A stretch of 64,000 nucleotides of DNA. Origin: an uncultured Bacteroidota bacterium (lineage in GTDB: Bacteria > Bacteroidota > Bacteroidia > NS11-12g > UBA9320). This document shows positions 48,572-59,219 of the stretch, piece by piece; position 1 is the stretch's first letter; every line of letters begins with the position of its first letter. The notes below the pieces were generated by a model, which worked only from the letters and a program-made list of their open reading frames with translations, did not search any database and was not told where the DNA came from. The stretch lies in assembly GCA_913050005.1 (NCBI GenBank), contig CAJXBI010000003.1, positions 7,719 to 71,718 of the forward strand, given 5' to 3'. The translations under genes were made by a program, and so were the position numbers.

Positions 48572-51004
48572 TTACGGATGAGTAATAATTACTTTTTTAG
48601 TGCTTATTTGACTCCCGTTAACTATTTCAAAAAAGTATGTTCCATTTTGAAGGTATGAAGTTGAAAAGTCATTTTGATAGAATGTGCCCATTTTTTTGCC
48701 TGTTAAATTATAAATATTAACGTGATCAAATTCACTTTCAATTTGAACTCGATTATCAGCAGGATTTGGATATATTCTTACTTTTGGTAGGTGATGTTTT
48801 TGAATAGATGCAACGGGATCGTTGGTTAAATCAGCTGTCCATATACCACGACCGTGGGTATAAATAAATAATTTACGGTCACTACTTCTCAAACGAATTT
48901 GGTCTATAGGAACATTGGGTATACGTGTTTCTTTTTGCCAGCTTTCTCCTGAGTTTAGCGACGTGTATAAGCCATAATCAGTCCCAATTAATATATGCTC
49001 ACTCATTTCAGGATCGACTTCAATCCAATTTACGGGTAAACTTTTGGGAAGGTTAGCACTGATATCGTCCCAGATTGGATTGGAGGAACTAGCGTTTCGA
49101 ATTCTCCAAATACGTGGTCGTATATTCACATTAACAAGCCCACAATAAATAGTGCTATCACTATTTGGATCAACTTCAATACATCCGATGGTACTTCCAA
49201 GAAAACTTGGATATTCAAGGGTCCACATGCTTTCTTCAGCATCAGGTTGTTCTAAACCAGCATTTTTTACACGGTACAATCTAGATGCTGTACCACCGAT
49301 GTATGCAATTGGATTAGTAGAATCACTTAAACCAACAGCATATGTATCGCCTAATAAGTCGGCAGTGAATTCTATCCAACTATCACCACCATCTAAAGAT
49401 CGGTAGGTAGCTCTTTTTGTAGGTACATATATTTGACCACCATCCAAATTATTGATTTCAAAAGGGTTGATAAACCAAACTCCATCGTTTCCTCCAACGG
49501 CATCTCTGATACCTCTACTTATATTGCGATTTCCTGTATTACTCTGTCTCCTGACATTGAGATATTGAGATGAAACATAACGTATTCCTTCATTTTGTTG
49601 GTTGACTGCACAAAATGCACCATCTCCACCATTTATATTGCTAAACGTTTGGCTGGCTTCGTTGCTAAATCGAGTGCCATTATCCTGAGTTCCTCCAATA
49701 ATTGATTCCCCAGTAGGGTAGTAGTGACCGGCATAAAACTGGGTGATATTCAATCCGTTATTTAAGTCTTCATACCTATTCATATTATTCTTATTAAAAC
49801 GACTTACTCCGGCGTCATTACCTATTAAAAACTCATTATCATCAATCCAACTCACTTCATGATAATCTGCATGAGGATCAGCCATAGCTAACCACGACGA
49901 ACCGCCATTTTTAGAATAGATAGGATCAACACACAAGCTAGTAATAAAATTAGAATCAGCAGGTGCCGTAGATATTTTGAAGCAATACCATGCTTGTGCA
50001 TAGCTAATATTTCCTGGAGGATCTGGAAGTCTAGTCCAGGTTTCTCCCCCGTTTGAAGTTTTGTAAATACCGTATAGACTAAATCTATCTGCACCTCCAA
50101 GTTGTGCATACATTACTTTTGGGAAGTCTCTGCAATAGTCAAAACTCACCCGAGTATAACCACTCAATGGCCATTCTCCACCATTAAGTCTTTTAGCAAC
50201 GAGCGTTCTCTCGTGTATTTCTATAACTCCAACCCCAGACATAGCTATTAGTATAGTACTATCATCCCTCACCTCTATTTCATTCACTTGTGAAGATGTA
50301 CTATAGATTCTGGTAAAGTTTTGACCAGCATCTTTACTCCTCCATAAGCCTCGAGTATGGGTAGCTACATATATTGTGCTATCCAATACTAGTGAGTGTT
50401 CAATATCCCAAATGCCTTGATCAAAATCAGAAGTCATGGTGTGCTCCAAATGTTCAAACGATTTTGCACCGTCTTCAGATTTAAAAATACCAAGACCGCC
50501 AAGATCAGCACTATTGCCATAACTTTCACCGGTTCCATAATAAAATAAAGATGGATTAAATGGACTTTGTGTCAGGCAGGTAGCTGATAAGGTAGGAGCG
50601 TGATCATCTACAATTCCCCATGATTCACCTCTGTTTTCAGAAACCCAAACTCCACCAGAAACTCCAGCACAGATATATCTATTGGGATTATTGTAATCAA
50701 TTAAAATAGATCGTGTTCGCCCACCTACATTAAATGGTCCAATTTCTTTGATATTTTCCAAATCATTTACTGCTTTTTTGTACAGCAATTTATTTGCTTG
50801 ATCGGCTTTATACCATTTCATAGTTAAGCCATGAGGGATCTGTCCATTTTCATCGCCTTTAAGCTTAATAAATTGCTTAAACCATCCTGGATGATTATCT
50901 AGAGGGGCAGCTGAGTGCTTTGGTTTTTGTGTGTTTAAAAATACAAACGTAACCAACAATAATAGTATAGATAATATACCGAAGTATTTAAATTTAATGT
51001 TCAT
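48572..51004 (-). CDS. Secreted BNR/Asp-box repeat beta-propeller protein (sialidase/sortilin/GH74-like fold) with T9SS C-terminal sorting domain
   Basis: At least seven SxDxGxTW-type Asp-boxes (SENRGESW, SEDGAKSF, SKDAGQNF, SNGGETWT, SKNGGSSW, SLDGGDSW, SLNSGESW). Signal peptide. C-terminal Por tail (GTYFFEIVNGSQISTKKVIITHP). Confidence 0.65.
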   Translation of the reverse strand: MNIKFKYFGILSILLLLVTFVFLNTQKPKHSAAPLDNHPGWFKQFIKLKGDENGQIPHGLTMKWYKADQANKLLYKKAVNDLENIKEIGPFNVGGRTRSILIDYNNPNRYICAGVSGGVWVSENRGESWGIVDDHAPTLSATCLTQSPFNPSLFYYGTGESYGNSADLGGLGIFKSEDGAKSFEHLEHTMTSDFDQGIWDIEHSLVLDSTIYVATHTRGLWRSKDAGQNFTRIYSTSSQVNEIEVRDDSTILIAMSGVGVIEIHERTLVAKRLNGGEWPLSGYTRVSFDYCRDFPKVMYAQLGGADRFSLYGIYKTSNGGETWTRLPDPPGNISYAQAWYCFKISTAPADSNFITSLCVDPIYSKNGGSSWLAMADPHADYHEVSWIDDNEFLIGNDAGVSRFNKNNMNRYEDLNNGLNITQFYAGHYYPTGESIIGGTQDNGTRFSNEASQTFSNINGGDGAFCAVNQQNEGIRYVSSQYLNVRRQSNTGNRNISRGIRDAVGGNDGVWFINPFEINNLDGGQIYVPTKRATYRSLDGGDSWIEFTADLLGDTYAVGLSDSTNPIAYIGGTASRLYRVKNAGLEQPDAEESMWTLEYPSFLGSTIGCIEVDPNSDSTIYCGLVNVNIRPRIWRIRNASSSNPIWDDISANLPKSLPVNWIEVDPEMSEHILIGTDYGLYTSLNSGESWQKETRIPNVPIDQIRLRSSDRKLFIYTHGRGIWTADLTNDPVASIQKHHLPKVRIYPNPADNRVQIESEFDHVNIYNLTGKKMGTFYQNDFSTSYLQNGTYFFEIVNGSQISTKKVIITHP

Positions 51005-51010
51005 ATTAGA

Positions 51011-52081
51011 TTATTTTTTTTTATTCAATCCCATGCTTTTGACCATCCATTTAGGCAAGGGTTTTAGGGCATCTCTTTTTCGAATATCGAGATACCAACC
51101 AATTTTTTTTAGTATGGGGATTTTGTGTGTTTCTACAAATTCGATCAGTGTTCCGTCAGGGTCTTCTATATAGGAAAAATGTCCTGCTGCTTCGCCCATG
51201 TCAAAGGAATTAGCACTATCAACCGTAAACGGGTGTCCGGCTTTTTCACATTCTTCTCTTAAAGCTTTCATGCCAATAATATCAAAGCAGAGGTGAATGA
51301 AACCTAAATCACCCCAGAATCGGTCTTTGTAGATATTTTCCCCATTTTCAGTGAGATTTTGTACGAGTTCAATCTGAGATGTTCCTAGTAACTGACTGAA
51401 ACTTCCTTTTCTATTTTTACTGTGTGACAATATAGCTCTTTTGAATTGGTGTTTATTGGGGTTTAACGCCGATAAATCATCGAAATTACCTTCTCCTTGC
51501 CAATCAATGGTATCATAACCTAGAATGGTTTTGTAGAAATGAATAGATTTTTCAATTTCGTTTACTCCAATTATTGCTCCAAAAACGCCACCAGTGTCAC
51601 TTGTGTTTTTTGAAAACCAGTTGTCAGATTCAATCACTTGGAATGTATTTCCATAGGGATCTTTTACCCAAAAATGGGAAGTCCCGTGTGGTGTCTTTTC
51701 AATTTCTTTTGATATCAAATAATTTTTATCAAAGTTCTTAAAAGAAGATTGAATGTCTCGTGTTTTTATCTTACAAATGTTGATGCCTAGATCGCCTAAA
51801 ATTGGCTTAAAGGATGCTGGTTGTGGTTTTCTGCTGGTGTATTGCCATATTTCAAACCCACCACCTCCTTGCATATTGAGTGCGAGAATTGCGTGTCTGT
51901 CATGTGGTTTTCCACCAGTATATGGCAACATGAGTTCTGCTGTTGCAGCCTCTTCAAAAACAGGTATATTCATGCTAAAATTATTCCTATACCAAGTCCA
52001 TGCTTCATGAACATCCGGGATTCCGATTCCCATTTGTTGAATACCGCTTATTTCTTTTTCCAAGGTATGCGAATTTACCAA
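51011..52081 (-). CDS. VOC (glyoxalase/bleomycin-resistance/dioxygenase) superfamily protein, tandem modules
   Basis: Two glyoxalase-like halves. N-terminal ISGIQQMGIGIPDVHEAWTWY. Periodicity of conserved His/Glu. Family call by pattern only. Confidence 0.5.
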   Translation of the reverse strand: MVNSHTLEKEISGIQQMGIGIPDVHEAWTWYRNNFSMNIPVFEEAATAELMLPYTGGKPHDRHAILALNMQGGGGFEIWQYTSRKPQPASFKPILGDLGINICKIKTRDIQSSFKNFDKNYLISKEIEKTPHGTSHFWVKDPYGNTFQVIESDNWFSKNTSDTGGVFGAIIGVNEIEKSIHFYKTILGYDTIDWQGEGNFDDLSALNPNKHQFKRAILSHSKNRKGSFSQLLGTSQIELVQNLTENGENIYKDRFWGDLGFIHLCFDIIGMKALREECEKAGHPFTVDSANSFDMGEAAGHFSYIEDPDGTLIEFVETHKIPILKKIGWYLDIRKRDALKPLPKWMVKSMGLNKKK

Positions 52082-52117
52082 ATCACAACTCGTTACACAA
52101 ATTCAATTTTAGTATAT

Positions 52118-52891
52118 TTATTTTGGATTAACTCGCTTTGCAATAAGACGAAAAAGAAAAGGGAAATATCGTTTTATGTAAATCAGAAGAATTTCATTTC
52201 CACCAATGTACAATTCAGCCTTTTTAGATGAGATTCCCTGGATAATTTTAGATGCACATTTCTCAACTGGTATGCCGTTAAGTTGTCCTTGATCCATTTG
52301 GTTATGAGATTTACCAGAACCAGTTAGTGCATTTTTGCTTATATCTGTTCTAATCCTACCAGGACAAACTAACATCGTATGTATTTGAGTATCTTTTAAT
52401 TCTAAGCTCAATGATTCATAAAAACCGTGTAAAGCATGTTTGGAAGCTGAGTAGTATGAGCGTAGTGGAAAGCCAAATTTACCCGCAGCACTACTAATAG
52501 CTACGATACTCCCTTTATTTGCTTTTTTCATCATTGGAAGTATTGCTTTAGTGAGGTGAACACTTCCAAAGAAATTGACTTCCATTAAGTTTCGACCTAC
52601 GTCGTTGGTTGTTTCTGATACAGTTGCTCTTTGACTAACGCCAGCATTATTAATGAGAATATCTACGTTACCAAAAGTTGATTTAATTGTAGCTACCGCT
52701 TTAGTAATTTGGTTTTCTTGAGTGACATCTATTGGGAGGATGTATGGGTTCAGAATATTTTTTGAAACAGATTCTAACTGCGTTTTATTTCTGCCCGATA
52801 AAATAATGGTGTGTTCAGTATGATTGTATGCCAAAGCCAAAGCTTCACCAATTCCGCTACCAGCTCCTGTTATCCAAATTGTTTTTTTCAT
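52118..52891 (-). CDS. SDR family NAD(P)-dependent oxidoreductase
   Basis: TGAGSGIGEALA (Rossmann motif), NNAG, catalytic YSASK. Confidence 0.8.
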   Translation of the reverse strand: MKKTIWITGAGSGIGEALALAYNHTEHTIILSGRNKTQLESVSKNILNPYILPIDVTQENQITKAVATIKSTFGNVDILINNAGVSQRATVSETTNDVGRNLMEVNFFGSVHLTKAILPMMKKANKGSIVAISSAAGKFGFPLRSYYSASKHALHGFYESLSLELKDTQIHTMLVCPGRIRTDISKNALTGSGKSHNQMDQGQLNGIPVEKCASKIIQGISSKKAELYIGGNEILLIYIKRYFPFLFRLIAKRVNPK

Positions 52892-53530
52892 CTATTGGGT
52901 GTGGATGAGCAAATATTCATCAAAAAATTGATAATGTAGGTCCATGGTTATTTTGTATTTATTTTTTAATATGATTCCTTTCAAGTTACCTTCCTTTTCA
53001 AAAGGTTCGAATTGTAACTTAAGATTTACTTTGAAGTCCAATGCTTTTAACCCGTAATATTTATACAAAGCCTCTTTTGCACACCAAACTATATATAAGC
53101 CCTGCAGGCCTGACTCAGCAAATTTTTGCTCATCTTCCCGAACAAACTTATGCTGTATTCGTTCAATACGATTGCTTATTTGTTCAATATCAATGCCACA
53201 CTCACGATCTTCAGTATACATAAAACCCGCGTACTCTCCGGCATGGGTAATTGAAATGGGATAGTCCTTGCTTATAAAATAGGGTTTACCATATTCGTCT
53301 TTTTCAATACTATCAAAATTTGGGCAGATGGTATGTGCTAGTACCCGTGCAGCTAGGTTGTGTCTATTCATAGAGTTAATATCCAAATTTGCTTTCCAAG
53401 TATCAGGTAGTAAATCAAATAGTTCTTCTTTGGTCTCCTCAATACGCCAAAGTGCAACCATTCCGTTATTTATATGTTTCTTTGAATGTAGTGGCAACTC
53501 AATCTGAAATAAAGATAACAAAAGTAGCAC
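52892..53530 (-). CDS. 4'-phosphopantetheinyl transferase (Sfp/EntD-type)
   Basis: Motifs DEYGKPYF, ISITHAGEYAG, GIDIE, WCAKEALYK. Confidence 0.7.
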   Translation of the reverse strand: MLLLLSLFQIELPLHSKKHINNGMVALWRIEETKEELFDLLPDTWKANLDINSMNRHNLAARVLAHTICPNFDSIEKDEYGKPYFISKDYPISITHAGEYAGFMYTEDRECGIDIEQISNRIERIQHKFVREDEQKFAESGLQGLYIVWCAKEALYKYYGLKALDFKVNLKLQFEPFEKEGNLKGIILKNKYKITMDLHYQFFDEYLLIHTQ

Positions 53531-54360
53531 ATTTAAAAGGTCACCTAGATTCTATTTATGATTTTATCATTGATTTTGAGGAAAGGTATATTTATTCTGC
53601 AGGTGCAGAGGGCTATGTTATTCGTTGGGATTTGGATTCGCCAGCAGATGGGAAATTGATAATGCAAACTGGAGAGCCAGTTTATAGCATTCACAAAACG
53701 GCAGATTTACTTTATGTTGGCGGGAGATCAGGAACTATTTATCAAGTAAATCTTGAACACAAAACTTTGGTTCACAGCCACAAAAGACATCAAGGAGGGG
53801 TATTTATAATTACTGATGAATTCAGCGGAGGAGAAGACGGATGCATTATTCACCATTCAAACTCGATAAGAGAGATAGTTTCCACCCATAGTTTACGATC
53901 CGTAGTCATGGGAGATTCATCCATTTTTGTTGGTTCTTCAGATTCAAACATTTATCAATTGGATAAAAGTAGTTTAAAAACTGAGCGTATTTTGAACGGT
54001 CATACAAATTCAGTTTTTGGTCTAGCATTGATTGATGAAAATATATTACTTAGCACGGGTAGAGACGCTTATATTTTAGCTCATGATTTAAAGTTAAATA
54101 AAGTAGTACACCGAGTCCCAGCTCACCTTTACCAAGTAAAAAACCTAAGCTGGAATGGTGAATTTCTTCTGAGTTGCAGCATGGATAAAACTATAAAAAT
54201 ATGGAATGATCAGATGACGCTGCTCAAAGTCATTGATTTTGATAGATACGCAGGACATACTAATTGCATTAATAAGACTCAATGGATAGACGAAAATATG
54301 TTTGTAAGTTGTAGCGATGACAGAAGCCTTGTATTTTGGAAAGTAGAAATTATCGATTAA
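53389..54360 (+). CDS. WD40-repeat beta-propeller protein
   Basis: Repeated WD-like blades (GHLDSIYDF, GHTNSVFGL, LLSCSMDKTIKIW, GHTNCIN...SCSDDRSLVFW). The true start is probably downstream (TTG 53482 or GTG 53491). The listed ORF overlaps the convergent-oriented PPTase start by 142 nt. Confidence 0.65.
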   Translation: MLSKYQVVNQIVLLWSPQYAKVQPFRYLYVSLNVVATQSEIKITKVAHLKGHLDSIYDFIIDFEERYIYSAGAEGYVIRWDLDSPADGKLIMQTGEPVYSIHKTADLLYVGGRSGTIYQVNLEHKTLVHSHKRHQGGVFIITDEFSGGEDGCIIHHSNSIREIVSTHSLRSVVMGDSSIFVGSSDSNIYQLDKSSLKTERILNGHTNSVFGLALIDENILLSTGRDAYILAHDLKLNKVVHRVPAHLYQVKNLSWNGEFLLSCSMDKTIKIWNDQMTLLKVIDFDRYAGHTNCINKTQWIDENMFVSCSDDRSLVFWKVEIID

Positions 54361-54381
54361 AATTGACCTAATCAAAATAAC

Positions 54382-54918
54382 ATGATACTAAGTGACGTAA
54401 GAATTTTAGAAGAAATTGAAAAAGGAACTATCTTGATAGAGCCATTTAATCGAGATGATTTAGGAACCAATAGCTATGATGTTCACTTAGGTAAGTATTT
54501 GGCCTGTTATTCTAGGAGGGTTTTAGACGCTAGAGAGCACAATAAGATTGAGCATTTTGAGATACCTCTTGATGGATTTGTTCTTCAGCCTGGGGTATTG
54601 TACCTCGGAGTTACAGAAGAATATACCGAAACGCACGCTCATATTCCATTTTTAGAGGGAAAGAGTAGTACCGGTAGATTGGGTATTGATATTCACGCCA
54701 CTGCAGGAAAAGGAGATGTAGGTTTTTGTAATACATGGACACTGGAGATTAGTGTAACTCAACCTGTTCGCGTTTATCGAAGTATGCCTATTGGACAATT
54801 AATCTATTTTGTGGTAGAAGGAGATATAGAAACCTACTACAATAAAAAGAAAAATGCCAAGTATAATAAACGTACCATAAAGCCTGTTGAAAGCATGATG
54901 TGGAAGAATAAGTTTTAA
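54382..54918 (+). CDS. dcd: dCTP deaminase
   Basis: MILSDVRILEEIEKGTILIEPF N-terminus. Size 178 aa. dUTPase-like fold motifs. Confidence 0.85.
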   Translation: MILSDVRILEEIEKGTILIEPFNRDDLGTNSYDVHLGKYLACYSRRVLDAREHNKIEHFEIPLDGFVLQPGVLYLGVTEEYTETHAHIPFLEGKSSTGRLGIDIHATAGKGDVGFCNTWTLEISVTQPVRVYRSMPIGQLIYFVVEGDIETYYNKKKNAKYNKRTIKPVESMMWKNKF

Positions 54919-54969
54919 TAACTATTTCTAGGTAATGGAAAAATTTATGAATTCTGCTATTATGATAAC

Positions 54970-55686
<717 letters not shown>

Positions 55687-55783
55687 TTACTGCCAAAATT
55701 AAGGGTAATATTAACAATTATAAAATAAAAAAAACCTTCCATTGAAAATGAAAGACTTTAATTACATTTTGAAATACTTTGAT

Positions 55784-56617
55784 TTAAGCTCCTAATTGGA
55801 ATCGCTCGAACGACTTAACTTCTAGATTCGGGCTAACAGACTTTAGGAAAGCAGACACAGTCATAGAACTATCTTTAACATAAGATTGGTTCATAAGCGT
55901 GTTGTCTTTGAAAAAACGTTTCAATTTACCTTGAGCAATTCGGTCTAACATTTCTTCAGGTTTGCCTTCTTGCTTTGCAATATCTCTACCAATCTCTAGT
56001 TCTTTATCCTTAACTTCTTGAGAGACAGCTTTTTCGTCAACAGCAATTGGATTCATTGCAGCAACTTGCATAGCAAGATCTCTACCTGCTTGTAATGACT
56101 CATCTGAATTAGAATTTAAAGCCACAAGAACACCAATACGATTTGCACCGTGGTTGTAAGCAGCAACTCCTTCAGATGAAAGCAGGGCGTAATTTGATAC
56201 TTCAACTTTTTCGCCAATAACAGCAGTTTTGTCAACGCATATTTCGCCTAATGTTTTCCCTTCAAAAGAAGCACCTAAAAGGGCATGTTTGTCAGTGAAC
56301 TGATTAATAAGTGCAAAGTCAGCAACTTGATTGGCAAATGCAATAAAATCATCGTTCTTAGCAACAAAATCAGTTTCACAATTTACCTCTACAACTATTC
56401 CATGGGTATTGTCATTAGAGGACTTAGCAATGGTTAGCCCTTCTGCAGCTTCTCTATCCGCTCTTTTAGCAGCTTTAGCAGCTCCTTTTTTTCTTAAGAT
56501 GTCAACGGCTCCATCAATATCGCCGTTCGATTCTTGCAAAGCTTTTTTGCAATCCATCATACCGGCACCGGTTATTTGTCTGAGTTTGTTTACTACAGAT
56601 GCTGTAATGGTTGTCAT
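55784..56617 (-). CDS. tsf: Translation elongation factor Ts
   Basis: ITASVVNKLRQITGAGMMDCKKAL UBA-like N-terminus and EF-Ts dimerisation domain. Confidence 0.9.
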   Translation of the reverse strand: MTTITASVVNKLRQITGAGMMDCKKALQESNGDIDGAVDILRKKGAAKAAKRADREAAEGLTIAKSSNDNTHGIVVEVNCETDFVAKNDDFIAFANQVADFALINQFTDKHALLGASFEGKTLGEICVDKTAVIGEKVEVSNYALLSSEGVAAYNHGANRIGVLVALNSNSDESLQAGRDLAMQVAAMNPIAVDEKAVSQEVKDKELEIGRDIAKQEGKPEEMLDRIAQGKLKRFFKDNTLMNQSYVKDSSMTVSAFLKSVSPNLEVKSFERFQLGA

Positions 56618-56656
56618 ATTATAAAAATAAAATGGGTTTAAATAAAAAAATGAATC

Positions 56657-57415
56657 CTATACTTTTTCTGTGGCTTCTTCAGTTATTTCTTTAGTAGCTA
56701 CCTCATCTTTTTTAGCTTGCTCTTTTGCTTGAGCTCTTTCTTGTAAGCCAGCAGCAATTGCATCAGTAACTTCGTTACAAAGAATGTGAAGTGATTTCGC
56801 AGAATCATCATTGCCAGGTATAGGAAAATCAACTTTCGTTGGATCAGAGTTGGTATCTACAATCGCAAAAATTGGGATATTAAGCTTCTGAGCTTCTTTA
56901 ATTGCGATGTGCTCACGTTTAATATCAATCACAAAAAGAGCAGAGGGAATACGATTTAAGTTTTCAATACCACCTAAAACTCGAGCTAGTTTCTCTTGTT
57001 CACGTGTTTTCATTAAACGCTCTTTTTTGTTCATATTGTCAAATGTCCCATCGGTTTTCATTTTTTCGATGGCTTGCATTTTCTTGATTGATTTACGAAC
57101 AGTTGCAAAGTTTGTCAGCATACCACCTAACCATCTTTGTGAAACAAAAGGCATATTTACTCTGCGAGCATTTTCCTCTAAGATGTCTTTGGCTTGTTTT
57201 TTTGTAGCAACAAACATCACCTTACGGCCAGTTCGAGCAATATTTTGAATAGCATGCTTAGCTTCATTTAGCTTTGCTGAAGTTTTGTTAAGATCTATAA
57301 TGTGGATTCCATTTTGCTCCATAAAAATAAATGGGGCCATTTTAGGATTCCACTTACTTGTGAGGTGTCCGAAATGTACACCTGCTTCTAATAATTTTTC
57401 TGTGCTAACTGACAT
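56657..57415 (-). CDS. rpsB: 30S ribosomal protein S2
   Basis: [10 protein letters not shown]...WNPKM signature of S2. Confidence 0.9.
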   Translation of the reverse strand: MSVSTEKLLEAGVHFGHLTSKWNPKMAPFIFMEQNGIHIIDLNKTSAKLNEAKHAIQNIARTGRKVMFVATKKQAKDILEENARRVNMPFVSQRWLGGMLTNFATVRKSIKKMQAIEKMKTDGTFDNMNKKERLMKTREQEKLARVLGGIENLNRIPSALFVIDIKREHIAIKEAQKLNIPIFAIVDTNSDPTKVDFPIPGNDDSAKSLHILCNEVTDAIAAGLQERAQAKEQAKKDEVATKEITEEATEKV

Positions 57416-57419
57416 TCTA

Positions 57420-57806
57420 TTAACGCTTGCTAAATTGTGTTTTCTTTCTTGCTTTGGGCTGACCTGCTTTTTTACGCTCTACAGAACGTGAGTCGCGTGT
57501 CATTAAACCTTTTGCTCTAAGGGCTGGTTTGTTTTCTGGATTAATTTCTACTAGAGCTCTAGCAATCGCAAGTTTAATCGCGTCAGCTTGTCCAGTTGTT
57601 CCACCACCATCTACATTAACTTGTATATCATATTTTCCCGCAGCGTCACAAGTTGTGAGCGGAAGGTTCACATAATACACGGATTCTTGAGAAGCAAAGT
57701 ACTCTTCTAACGGTCTTTTGTTAACCATTATAGCACCTTTACCTTCACTCATATGTATACGAGCTACTGATGATTTTCTTCTCCCAATTGTGTTTATAAC
57801 GTCCAT
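57420..57806 (-). CDS. rpsI: 30S ribosomal protein S9
   Basis: [10 protein letters not shown]...[19 protein letters not shown]...C-terminal [18 protein letters not shown]. Confidence 0.9.
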   Translation of the reverse strand: MDVINTIGRRKSSVARIHMSEGKGAIMVNKRPLEEYFASQESVYYVNLPLTTCDAAGKYDIQVNVDGGGTTGQADAIKLAIARALVEINPENKPALRAKGLMTRDSRSVERKKAGQPKARKKTQFSKR

Positions 57807-57813
57807 ATAATTA

Positions 57814-58257
57814 TTAAATATCTACTTTGGTTGGCTTTTGTGCAACGTGTGGATGATCAGATCCAACAAAAACGTGCATATTGGTAAATAATTTTCTACC
57901 TAACCTGTTTTTTGGTAACATACCTCTAACACCTCTTTCAATAAGATTAATTGGTTTCTTGATTAATAAATCTTTAGCTAGGGTTACTCTTCTACCACCT
58001 GGATAACCACTAAAATTTTCGTATTCCTTAGTTTCCATTTTGTTACCTGTAAGAGTGATTTTTTCTGCATTGATAACGATGACATTGTCACCGCAATCAA
58101 CATGAGGAGTATAATTTGTCTTGTTTTTGCCTCTTAAAATTTTAGCAATTTCAGAACAAAAACGTCCAAGAGTTTTTCCTTCTGCATCAACTATAACCCA
58201 CTGTTTTTCAACAGTTTTGTTATTGGCTGATATGGTTTTGTATGATAATGTGTCCAC
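57814..58257 (-). CDS. rplM: 50S ribosomal protein L13
   Basis: WVIVDAEGKTLGRFCSEIAKILRGK, typical of L13. Immediately upstream of rpsI. Confidence 0.9.
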   Translation of the reverse strand: MDTLSYKTISANNKTVEKQWVIVDAEGKTLGRFCSEIAKILRGKNKTNYTPHVDCGDNVIVINAEKITLTGNKMETKEYENFSGYPGGRRVTLAKDLLIKKPINLIERGVRGMLPKNRLGRKLFTNMHVFVGSDHPHVAQKPTKVDI

Positions 58258-58403
58258 TATGATGATATTTTATTCTTAAAAAAGAAGGGTGCAAATGTAA
58301 CTTTTTGATTTATAAATTCAAATAATTAAAACCAATTTGTGACAAGTGAATAGTTTGTTTTAATAGGAATAAGTTTTTTGGGATTGATTTGGAACTTATT
58401 TTA

Positions 58404-58736
58404 TTATTCTGCTGTCAATTTACCGAGTCGAATTTGCAGGCCATTAATTTCTTCTGATATTGGAATTTGACACATTAATCTACTGCCCTCAATATCAAGT
58501 ACGAATGCCTCATCAAGCATAGCTTCTTCGTCTTCACTCATTTCCGGTAAAGTGTGGTTGCTTTTTACCACGCAATTGCATGTTGCACACATGCCCATAC
58601 CGCCACAAGTAGCCTTTATAGGTAAGTCATTCGCTCGAATAGCTTCCATAACATTGAGGTTCATATCCGTAGGAGCTTGTATTTTGTGTTCATATCCTGA
58701 TAGGTCAGTAACATGTAGGGTTATCAAATCTTCCAC
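58404..58736 (-). CDS. fdx: 2Fe-2S ferredoxin (adrenodoxin/Fdx type)
   Basis: Cluster ligands in CGGMGMCATCNC...C pattern. 110 aa. Confidence 0.8.
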   Translation of the reverse strand: MEDLITLHVTDLSGYEHKIQAPTDMNLNVMEAIRANDLPIKATCGGMGMCATCNCVVKSNHTLPEMSEDEEAMLDEAFVLDIEGSRLMCQIPISEEINGLQIRLGKLTAE

Positions 58737-59219
58737 ACTGCAAAAATAACTAAGTCATGATGTTATTGTATTTTATCATTTACCTATTTACTTATTGAGG
58801 GATTAAGCTGTATAAAAAATAGGTTTAATATTACTTGTGAGTGTTATAGGATTGATTTTTTTAAAGCTGATTAACTAGAAACGACAGTATAGGATAAGCT
58901 TAAAAATATTATTGTTCATATGTAAAATATCCAATTACTTCAAGAAGCTTATGTATATATACCAGAGTGAACATCTCGATTTTATTTTAATGATGTATCG
59001 CCCTATGGAATAAAATAAAATTAATTTATAGGTAATTCTAACAAAGTTAAGAGTGAAATATCTCCAAAAATTTTAAAACTTGAGTAAGTTTTGCTTAATT
59101 CTATAAAAATAGCTAAATGAGGATTAGTAAAAATATCAAATTGATGCAGGCATTGAATAAAGAAGAGAATTTAATAATGGAAACCTTTAAATTTTGGAGA
59201 GCTAGTCAATTATTTTTTG

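Noticed and set aside
58978-59017. Inverted repeat attttatttta ... taaaataaaat with a 20-nt spacer
   Set aside because: It is AT-only in a genome of roughly 30 percent GC. Rough expectation is that one or two such 11-bp AT inverted repeats occur by chance in 64 kb. It has no flanking gene context suggesting an operator.
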